A stretch of DNA of 27,921 bases from Candidatus Aenigmatarchaeota archaeon (GTDB taxonomy: Archaea > Aenigmatarchaeota > Aenigmatarchaeia > CG10238-14 > SCSR01), in the NCBI GenBank assembly GCA_039091335.1, contig JAWCME010000005.1:1-27921 (forward strand). The letters are read 5' to 3'. Made by a program: the position numbers and the translations under genes. This document shows, one piece after another, positions 8,937 through 17,400 of this stretch (within the stretch, counting starts at the first letter, position 1; each line of letters begins with the position of its first letter). The notes beneath the pieces are model-generated. The model saw nothing but the letters and a program-made list of their open reading frames with translations, had not been told where the DNA came from and ran no database searches.

Positions 8937-9326
8937 TTATATCAACCAATGTTTTATTCCCATTTTAAATATAAAGACATCTTCAAAAAAATCCCATAGT
9001 AAGTGAAAAAATATTGAAAGGCATGCTATTCCAACAGCAAACATACTTTCTGAAAAAATTAAAAAAGAAAACAAAAATGAAAAAAAAATGGAGAAAAAAT
9101 TGTGAAGAAAGTACTTTCTTGGTTTTCTGAATTCTGTTACTGCCCTCAAGAACAAATAGCCCTTTATCCCGTTCTTTAAAACAAGTAATGTGTGGTCCAA
9201 GTCTACAGCACAAGTTGCGATAAATGCAATCAGAGTGTGATACCAATCTAATTTTAACAAAACAACAATTAAAAAAACAAGGAAAAGGTGAATAAAGGAA
9301 TGGATTAAAACATAAAATAATCTCAT
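8937..9326 (-). CDS. Membrane-bound metal-dependent hydrolase (YdjM-like), second copy
   Basis: HxxxH, DLDH, LHN and HLLWD motifs; hydrophobic. Confidence 0.65.
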   Translation of the reverse strand: MRLFYVLIHSFIHLFLVFLIVVLLKLDWYHTLIAFIATCAVDLDHTLLVLKNGIKGYLFLRAVTEFRKPRKYFLHNFFSIFFSFLFSFLIFSESMFAVGIACLSIFFHLLWDFFEDVFIFKMGIKHWLI

Positions 9327-9335
9327 ATAATTAAG

Positions 9336-9809
9336 ATGGAGTTAGAAGATATAAAAAAGGAAATGCTTTCTGGAAAAGAAATTGAGGAAATACTTCAGTC
9401 TTTTGACTGGAAGGAGTTCGAAAATATAGTGGCAGAGATTTTTGAAAGCAACAACTTTATGGTTTACAGAAATTTTAGGTTTAAAAATAAAAAAAGGTAT
9501 GAAATAGACTTGTTGGCAATGAGAAATAAAATTGTTTTTTGTGTTGATTGTAAAGAATGGGGAAAGGGAAGATATAAAAAGACTGGAATTAAAAATGCTG
9601 CAAGAAGGCAGATAGAAAGGGTGAAAGAGTTAAATTCAAATAAAAGAGAATTAAAAAATATTGGCATAAGTACTTGTCATAAAATCTATCCACTTATTAT
9701 AACACTTTTTGAGGAGGACCTAAAAAAAGAAGGCAGTGTTTTGGTCGTACCTGTTTGGAAGCTAAACTCATTCCTCAATGAGATAGAAACTATTTATAGA
9801 TATTTTTAA
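9336..9809 (+). CDS. PD-(D/E)xK restriction-endonuclease-like protein (Mrr_cat/NERD-like)
   Basis: WKEFENIVAEIF helix, EIDLLA, VDCK. Confidence 0.8.
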   Translation: MELEDIKKEMLSGKEIEEILQSFDWKEFENIVAEIFESNNFMVYRNFRFKNKKRYEIDLLAMRNKIVFCVDCKEWGKGRYKKTGIKNAARRQIERVKELNSNKRELKNIGISTCHKIYPLIITLFEEDLKKEGSVLVVPVWKLNSFLNEIETIYRYF

Positions 9810-9831
9810 ACTTTTCGAAAAGTTTAAAAAT
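9802..9831. promoter_or_regulatory. 30-bp perfect palindrome containing BRE/TATA-like elements upstream of tbp
   Basis: ATTTTTAAACTTTTCGAAAAGTTTAAAAAT is self-complementary; CGAAAAG-TTTAAAAA fits BRE plus TATA on either strand. Confidence 0.65.
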
Positions 9832-9871
9832 TATTTATTCTTTTTAAACTTTAATATAAAAAGGTGGTTTG

Positions 9872-10423
9872 ATGGATTTTAAAATAAGAATAGAAAATAT
9901 AGTTGCATCTGCCAGCTTGGGCGTTGATGTTCCTTTGGAAAAAATTGCATCAAAGCTTGAGGGGATGGAATACGAACCAGAACAATTCCCAGGCCTGGTT
10001 TATAGGATAGATAAGCCAAAAGCAGCAGCACTCATATTTGGCTCAGGAAAAATAGTTTGCACAGGAGCAAGAAGCATAGAAGACGTAAATTCAGTATTTA
10101 AAAAGGTAATAAATGTTGTGGAAAAGACGGGAACAAAAGTTCCAAAGAGCTTTAACGTTCAAGTGGAAAATATAGTTGCCTCTGCCAAGCTTGATGCAAG
10201 ACTAAACTTAGATGCGATAGCATTTAATCTTGAAAATTCCGAGTACGAACCAGAACAATTCCCAGGCCTGGTTTATAGGATGGAAAAACCAAAGGTAGCT
10301 TTTCTTCTATTTGGCTCAGGAAAAATAGTTTGCACAGGAGCAAGAAGCATAGAAGACGTAAATTCAGCAATAAAGAGGGTTTCAAAAAAGTTAAAACAAA
10401 TTGGAGCAATAGTAAAAGAATAA
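9872..10423 (+). CDS. tbp: TATA-box-binding protein
   Basis: Two repeats with ENIVASA, YEPEQFPGLVYR and FGSGKIVCTGA; SD AGGTGG at 9862-9867 favours ATG 9872. Confidence 0.97.
   Translation: MDFKIRIENIVASASLGVDVPLEKIASKLEGMEYEPEQFPGLVYRIDKPKAAALIFGSGKIVCTGARSIEDVNSVFKKVINVVEKTGTKVPKSFNVQVENIVASAKLDARLNLDAIAFNLENSEYEPEQFPGLVYRMEKPKVAFLLFGSGKIVCTGARSIEDVNSAIKRVSKKLKQIGAIVKE
9971..10367 (+). repeat. Identical DNA blocks between the two TBP repeats (273-nt offset)
   Basis: 9971-10008 = 10244-10281 (38 bp) and 10035-10094 = 10308-10367 (60 bp). Confidence 0.9.
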
Positions 10424-10510
10424 TTTTAAATTTTTTATTTTTCCTAATTTTTTTCGAAAAATTTAACATATTAGTAAAAAATAAAAGGATTGAATCTAAA
10501 GGATAATACG

Positions 10511-12517
10511 ATGGAAAGGGAGGAGATAGTTGAAAAAATTTCAGACTTTTTGAGAGAATTCTACTACAACGAAATATTGCTTGCTGTGGCTGAGGGAAGG
10601 ACATCTGTAAATATTGATTTTACACTTCTAGAGAAATTTGATACAGAGCTTGCTGACTTTTTGCTTGATAATCTAGAAAAGGTATTTTCTTGTGTTGATG
10701 ATGCTTTAAAACAGATTGATGTTCAAGATGTAAAAATCAGATTAAGATTTTTCAACCTTCCAGAAAGTAGAAACATAAGAATAAGGAATATTCGATCAGA
10801 GCACATAGGCAAACTTCTTGTTGTTGACGGAATTGTAAAAAGGGCAAGTGAAATAAGGCCAGAGGTCGGTGAAGCATTGTTTGAATGTCCAGAATGCGGG
10901 GAAAGAATACAGGTTGTTCAAACTGAAAGGATAATAAGAGCTCCTATAAGGTGTTCTAACCCAGAGTGCAAAAACACAAGGGGTTTTAGAGTTATTGAGC
11001 AAAAACTTTATGATGCCAGATGGGTTGTTGTTGAAGAGCCATTTGAAGTAACCACAGGGGAGAGACCTTCTGAGCTTATGATTTATCTTAAAGAAGACTT
11101 AACCTCTCCCAAAATGCAAAGTAAGACCGACCCAGGAAACAGGATAAAGGTTGTTGGTGTTTTGAAGGAATTGCCAAGAAGAATAAAAGGAACACCTTCA
11201 AGACAAATGGAAATATACTTAGATGCAAATTTTGTTGAGAGCATAGAAGTAACTTGGGAAGAACTTGAAATAACAGAAGAGGATGAAAAAAAGATAATAG
11301 AGCTTGCGAAAGACCCGGAAGTATATTCAAAGTTAATTGCCTCCATTGCCCCCACCTTGTATGGAATGGATATTATTAAAGAAGCACTTGTACTGCAACT
11401 TTTTGGTGGTGTTCAACATATATTGAAGGACGGGTCAAGAATAAGGGGAAACATTCATATTTTGCTTATAGGAGACCCTGCCTCTGGAAAAAGTCTAATA
11501 ATGCAGGTTGTTTCTAGGTTGATGCCAAGAGGAAAGTATGTTAGTGGTACAGGAACTACAGCTGTTGGTCTTACAGCAAGTGTGATAAGAGAAGAGGAAT
11601 TCTTTGGAGGATGGGTTTTGGAGGCAGGAGCAGTTGTAATGAGCAACAAGTCAATCTGTGCTATAGATGAGTTCACAAAAATATCTCCTGTAGACAGAGT
11701 TGCACTACAGGAGGCCATGAGTTTAGAAACAATAAGTATAGCAAAGGCAAACATAGTTGCAACGCTTCCTGCACAGACAGCAATTTTAGCAGGGGCAAAC
11801 CCAAAGCTTGGAAGGTTTGACCCATACATTCCAGTAAGGGAACAGGTTGATATAGATGATGTTTTATTATCAAGGTTTGACCTTAAGTTTGCATTAAGAG
11901 ATGTTCCGAACCCAGAGATAGATAGCAAGATGGCCGAACATATATTAAAGGTTAGACATTTTGAGGAGGATCTTGCAAAACCAGTTATACCACAAGATTT
12001 ACTTAGGAAATTTATTGCTTATGCAAGAACTCATGTAAACCCGAAATTGACAAAGGAGGCAAGTGAAGTTTTGATGAATTTTTACTTAGAGATGAGGTCT
12101 AAAGCAGGAGAGGAAGCACCTGTCTCCATAACTCTAAGGCAGTATGAAGCACTTATAAGGTTGGCAGAAGCTTCTGCAAGAATTCAATTAAGAAATGAAG
12201 TAAATGTTGAGGATGCACTGAGGGCAATAAATTTGATGAAGGTTTCTCTTAGGCAATTTGGGTTTGAGCCAGAAACAGGGAAGATAGATGTAGACAGAGC
12301 AGAAGGCTATATAACAGCTGCCCAAAGAGGTAAAATAAGGATAATACTAGATTTGATAGAAGAACTTGAGACAAAACTTGGAAAAAACATTCCAGAGGAG
12401 GAACTTATAAAAGCAGCTAAAGCAAGAGGAATTGATAATGTTGAAGATATTTTAAGAAAAATGTTGGAAGAGGGCATACTTTTTACCCCAGGGCCAAATC
12501 TTGTACAGAGAGTTTGA
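10511..12517 (+). CDS. mcm: MCM replicative helicase (alternative TTG start at 10490)
   Basis: Zn finger CPEC/CSNPEC, Walker A GDPASGKS, Walker B IDEF, arginine finger SRFD, C-terminal winged helix. Confidence 0.96.
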   Translation: MEREEIVEKISDFLREFYYNEILLAVAEGRTSVNIDFTLLEKFDTELADFLLDNLEKVFSCVDDALKQIDVQDVKIRLRFFNLPESRNIRIRNIRSEHIGKLLVVDGIVKRASEIRPEVGEALFECPECGERIQVVQTERIIRAPIRCSNPECKNTRGFRVIEQKLYDARWVVVEEPFEVTTGERPSELMIYLKEDLTSPKMQSKTDPGNRIKVVGVLKELPRRIKGTPSRQMEIYLDANFVESIEVTWEELEITEEDEKKIIELAKDPEVYSKLIASIAPTLYGMDIIKEALVLQLFGGVQHILKDGSRIRGNIHILLIGDPASGKSLIMQVVSRLMPRGKYVSGTGTTAVGLTASVIREEEFFGGWVLEAGAVVMSNKSICAIDEFTKISPVDRVALQEAMSLETISIAKANIVATLPAQTAILAGANPKLGRFDPYIPVREQVDIDDVLLSRFDLKFALRDVPNPEIDSKMAEHILKVRHFEEDLAKPVIPQDLLRKFIAYARTHVNPKLTKEASEVLMNFYLEMRSKAGEEAPVSITLRQYEALIRLAEASARIQLRNEVNVEDALRAINLMKVSLRQFGFEPETGKIDVDRAEGYITAAQRGKIRIILDLIEELETKLGKNIPEEELIKAAKARGIDNVEDILRKMLEEGILFTPGPNLVQRV

Positions 12518-12563
12518 TTTCTTAAATAGAAAAGGTTAAAAGGTAGTATTTTAAATTAAAATC

Positions 12564-13292
12564 ATGCCTACAAGAATATCTGCAAAAAAAATTAGGATAT
12601 CTGACATACTCAATGGAAAGTTTTTTCCCGGAGAAAAGGAAGGATTAAAACCAAGCTATTTAATTACACCATTTGGTCAAATAGTTTCAAGAGTTAACAT
12701 AGTTTCAACGATAATAGAAAAATTTTTGAGTGAAGACGAAAACTATTCTTCTATTACACTTGATGATGGTAGTGGAGCAATAAGGGCAAAAGCCTTTGGT
12801 GAGAAAGTAAATCTTTTTAAAGATTTAGAGGTTGGTGACATTGTAATGATAATAGGAAAAATAAAGGAATATGCTGGGGAGATATATATCAATGCAGAGA
12901 TTGTGAAAAGGGTTGATTTTGACTATGAAAATTTTAGAAGGCTCGAGATTTTAAAGGATATTATAGAAAAAAATAAAATGATGGAAAAAATAAAAGAGAT
13001 GCAAAAAAAGGTTTCAGAAGAAGAATTGAAAAAATATGTAAAGGAAAATTTTGGTATGGACGAGACTTGCCTAGAGGTTTTACTTGAAAACTTAAAGGTT
13101 GAGAAGGAGATTGATTATAAACCAATTCTACTTAAACTTATAGGTGAGATGGATGAGGGAGATGGTGTTAACATGAGTGAAATCTTAGAGGTGTGCGATT
13201 TACCAGAAGGAATAATCGAAAAAACCATTAACGAATTGCTTTCCGAAGGTTCGTTATTTGAACCACTTCCTGGGAGATTTAAAAGGGTTTGA
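12564..13292 (+). CDS. RPA32-like OB-fold ssDNA-binding protein with C-terminal winged helix
   Basis: SRVNIV, LDDGSGAIR, IGKIKEY OB-fold motifs; terminal LLSEGSLFEP.PG wH motif. Confidence 0.8.
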   Translation: MPTRISAKKIRISDILNGKFFPGEKEGLKPSYLITPFGQIVSRVNIVSTIIEKFLSEDENYSSITLDDGSGAIRAKAFGEKVNLFKDLEVGDIVMIIGKIKEYAGEIYINAEIVKRVDFDYENFRRLEILKDIIEKNKMMEKIKEMQKKVSEEELKKYVKENFGMDETCLEVLLENLKVEKEIDYKPILLKLIGEMDEGDGVNMSEILEVCDLPEGIIEKTINELLSEGSLFEPLPGRFKRV

Positions 13293-13297
13293 TTTTT

Positions 13298-13708
13298 ATG
13301 GAAGAATATGAAAAAATGTTAAAAAGAGCATTTGAATCAATGCAAAAGAAAGTTGATACAAAAGATAGGTTTGAAATACCTGTTGCAATCGTTGAAACTT
13401 CTGGGAACAAAACTATCGTCAGAAATTTTTCAGATATTTTGAATATTATAAGGAGGGATTCTGCCCATCTTTCTAAATTTTTATTTAAGGAACTGGCTAC
13501 TCCAGGAAACATTCAAGGAAACATGCTTGTTTTGCAAAGGAGGGTATCAAGGGACATGGTACAAAAGAAAATAGAAAGTTATGTGAAGGAGTTTGTTTTT
13601 TGTAAGGAATGTAAAAAGCCTGACACAAAGATGTCAAAAGAAGAAAAGATATACTTCCTTAAATGTGAGGCCTGTGGGGCAAGATATCCGTTAAGGAGTA
13701 TTTCTTAA
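13298..13708 (+). CDS. eif2b: Translation initiation factor 2 beta subunit (alternative TTG start at 13289)
   Basis: RFEIP, GNKTIVRNF, KELATPG, zinc ribbon CKEC..PDT..CEACGA. Confidence 0.94.
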   Translation: MEEYEKMLKRAFESMQKKVDTKDRFEIPVAIVETSGNKTIVRNFSDILNIIRRDSAHLSKFLFKELATPGNIQGNMLVLQRRVSRDMVQKKIESYVKEFVFCKECKKPDTKMSKEEKIYFLKCEACGARYPLRSIS

Positions 13709-13739
13709 AAAATTATCTAGCCAATTTGATATTGATAGG

Positions 13740-14033
13740 ATGTTTTGGAGCAAAGTGTTTCCAACAAAATACGAGCTAGTCGTAGCAATATGCGATGAAG
13801 AACTAATAGAGAAGGACATTTTTTTTAAAAAAATAAAAATAAGGATAAGCAAAAAATTTTATGGCGAGAAGATAATAGACGAAAAGGGGGCAATTAAACT
13901 CATGGAAAAAGCAACAATTGGAAACCTTATGGGAAAAAGGATAGTTAAGCTTGCTGAAAGAAATGGGTTTATTTCAAGAGAAAATATTATTTTAATTGAT
14001 GGAATACCGCATGCCCAATTCGTTAAAGTCTAA
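13740..14033 (+). CDS. DUF424 family protein
   Basis: VAICDEEL, FYGE, ATIGNLMG, IDGIPHAQ; usual neighbour of aIF2-beta. Confidence 0.88.
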   Translation: MFWSKVFPTKYELVVAICDEELIEKDIFFKKIKIRISKKFYGEKIIDEKGAIKLMEKATIGNLMGKRIVKLAERNGFISRENIILIDGIPHAQFVKV

Positions 14034-14421
14034 AAAAGCGCAGTTTTTTATAATTTCTGCATTTACCATTGTGAGCCTTTCTTATTTCATAAGTAGGTGG
14101 ATTGAACCTTATACAATAATAGATACCTCCCAAGTAATAATGATGGATGAAATCTTTATGTTCAACAACATAAAAGAGAAGGCACTCCAGACTGTAAATA
14201 GTAGCAAGAGTTGTGAAGATCTTGTTTATAACTTAGAAGAATATTCAAGCTTTATCAGGCGCTATTCACTTGAAAAAGGAAAGTTACTTTTGGAGTATAA
14301 GTTCACCTCACCTTGTTTTGAAGACCCGACCACACCAGCTGTAATAGAGTTTAACATAACCCTAATTTCTCCAAGAATAAAAATAGAAAGTTACTTTCCA
14401 GCCTATTTTGTTCCTCAATAA
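14011..14421 (+). CDS. Class III signal peptide (pilin-like) protein
   Basis: KKA/QFFIISAFTIV prepilin-type cleavage site; start chosen at ATG 14011. Confidence 0.6.
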   Translation: MPNSLKSKKAQFFIISAFTIVSLSYFISRWIEPYTIIDTSQVIMMDEIFMFNNIKEKALQTVNSSKSCEDLVYNLEEYSSFIRRYSLEKGKLLLEYKFTSPCFEDPTTPAVIEFNITLISPRIKIESYFPAYFVPQ

Positions 14422-17400
14422 AGTCTGCAATCTCTGCTAACAAAAATCCAATATCCCTTCCATGGTGTTATGGTTGTTGTAGAAACCCAGTTTATTCCGT
14501 CCCAATAAATAACTTTTTCTATGTTACAATCCCCCTTTACCGAATTAATATCATATGGGGCCTGTGAAGTAGTACCGATTAAATTATACCCCTTTTTAAT
14601 GTTTGGAAAGTCACCTATAGATACTGACCCATAATAAACAGCATCAACATCACAGTCCTTGCTAGAATATACCCAGTACCCCTTTCCTCCAACCAATTCC
14701 TTTAACTTAAAAGCTTCCCATCTTCCTTGAGTAGAATTGAAGAAATAGAAATTTTTTGAAGAAATATTGCATGGGTCTGATATTACTGTCACAACCCTTT
14801 GATAAGGTATGGATATAAGATTCCACCCTGCTCTTAAGCTGATTCTCTGGATAAGGCTCAAAATTACTCTTAAGTATGTGTCTTCAGTTTCATTCGAATT
14901 CACACTATCAGAAATAAAGTTTACATCTATTGCATAATTTCCTTCAGATTGTAAGAATACATTGAAATTAGCATTGCAAACACTTCCTACATTCAAAATT
15001 CCACAACTGAACGGTACTGGATTTGCATAAAGTGGTGTTCCTGAAGATGGTATGTTTGTGTTTGCAGCATTTCCAGTTGAATTGTATCTCGCAAATGCTT
15101 CAACGTTTCCACAATCCCCAGAGCTACCTTCACAATAAACACTTGCTCTTAGTTCTGTCATTCCACCTACAACTTTCTCTGTTAGTATGCCCTCTTCAGG
15201 ATAGAGGAGATCAACTATTAAATTAATTCCAGCAAAAGTTTCTTTGCCTATGCTTATTTCTGGCTCTGGTGAAACATATTTTCTTGAAAATATTTTATAG
15301 TTAAAGTTTACATTGCTAGTATCTAAAACATTCCACCCAACTCCTGGAATGTTGATGCAGAATTGGGAGTATTGCCCACCGCCCCATTCTGTTTGCATAT
15401 ACTCTATCCAATATCCCCTACCTTCTCTTAAATTTTTTGATAGTACTGTACCGCTTAACCCACAGCTTCCAGTCCCATGCCCACCGTACCAACTTGAAAT
15501 AATAGAGTGTAAACCAAAAGGATGAGAAGTGTTAAATCCACCACCATATCCATCTGAAGGAAAGAGCGCGGCCTCACTTGCATCATCACTATTTGTCCCA
15601 AAGTAGTATGTACCACTGACGGAAGGAATAAAGAGAAACCTGTACCTTGAAAAATAGTTATCGCTTGCTCCATATGGGTTTGTTCCATGGTTTATTGAAG
15701 TGACATAGCCAAAATTATCAACAGCAAATTGAGATCCAATTCTTTGTCTTATGTAATCAAATTCTTCATGATTATCAGTATATCCACAATAATTAGCATC
15801 ATTACATCTTCCAGTAATAAGAAATATTTGGTTTGGGATGAATGTTGTTAAGGCCGAACTTTTTAATGAGGCATAAGGATTTCCATAATAAACATAAATT
15901 GTTTTTGTTCCAGAAGGAATAGATGGAACCTTTACCCAAAACTTACCATCAGCTTCCTGCCAATAGTTTAATTCTGTGTTCATGTCTGAATCTCTAAATC
16001 TTATATCTCCATAATCTAAGCGTGCCTTTGCTTGATATAAGGCCAAAACTTCTGAATCGCTTAATGTTCTATTATAAACCCTAACTTCATCTATAAGCCC
16101 ATCAAACCACCAAGAATTATGAGCATTAGCACCTATTTTAACCAATGAGTTTGAAGGATAGTTTACATTATCTGCTAAGCTTGTTTGGTTTTTGATAACA
16201 GCGTTTATGTAAAATTTGAATGTTGAGCCATCGTATGTTGCTGTTATGAAGTACCATTCGTTTGTTTTTAGGTTAGAAATGTTTGTACAAAAATCTCTCC
16301 ATGCAGAGCCCCTAAACCCAGCAACTATATGATTTGGCGGGCAAAGCGAAGCTCCTGTAAGGTTTTCTATGTATATATAATAATGTCCGTCATTTCCGTC
16401 TCCAGCATTATCTATTATATGGCCCCTTTGATTCAATTTGTTGAGTTTTATCCATGCAGTTATCGAAAACCTGTTTCTTACTCTTGCTGTATTGTTTGGG
16501 AGTGCTACATAATCGTTTCCGTCAAAACTCAAAGCTTTTCCAAACTTTCCATCAACCCAAGTTGCTCCATAGATAGTTCCATCGTTACTATAATCAGAAT
16601 AATCTTTTGTTACACTTCCAAAACCTTCACTAAAATGCCAGCTTCCTACTAAATCGCTTTCATTATAAATTGGGTTTGTAATTAAAACTTGATAGTCTGT
16701 TAGGAGATAAGAGGAATATATTTTTATTGCCTTTCTATAAATCCATTCTGTTGGTTGTTGTGGTTGTTCTTCTCCAATCACCACAGATGGATCTGGATAT
16801 GCAAACTTTCTATACAAGAATTTTACTTCATCTATAATGTGATTGTTATTTAAACCACCTGTACCTCCACCGAATCCAAAATATCCAAAACCAAGTTTAG
16901 AGATTGATATTCCGTTTAATATAGGATTTGAGTCAAGCAAAACAGTATTAACAGAATTTAAATCTCCAGCTATTTGGATTGTTATGGTGTGCCACAAATT
17001 ATCTTCTGTCGCAAACGTGTTATAATAGTTGTTTCCTGGTCTTGGCCACCCGCCACTTGGATTATTACTTCTTGCTACTGCAATGTAATTTCCAGAAGGA
17101 TCGTTTGCTCCATTATCATAGTTGTCAATCTCGACCATCCAACCATCAGCACATGCCCCCAGAGAACCTCCACCGGAAGGTATGCAGTTTGTTCTATCAA
17201 CATCAAAACCAAAATGAAGTCCATCAGCCCCGTTTCCTCCACCAGCAAGAAAATTAAAAAAGATTTCAACAGGATAACCCTTTGTAGTAAAAAACATCAT
17301 ACACCCTTTGTTATTTACAGCTTTTGTGAGATAAAGTGCTTTGATTCCAGAGTCCCAATAACATTCGTTTGTACTGTCCCCAGTAGTTCTAATTACCTCC

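Noticed and set aside
8424..9809. Hydrolase pair plus PD-(D/E)xK nuclease as a defence system
   Set aside because: Divergent orientation, no methylase or other defence gene, and no mobility signs; these families are common stand-alone archaeal genes.
9971..10367. Direct repeats as CRISPR or mobile element ends
   Set aside because: Only two copies, in frame, matching the TBP internal duplication.
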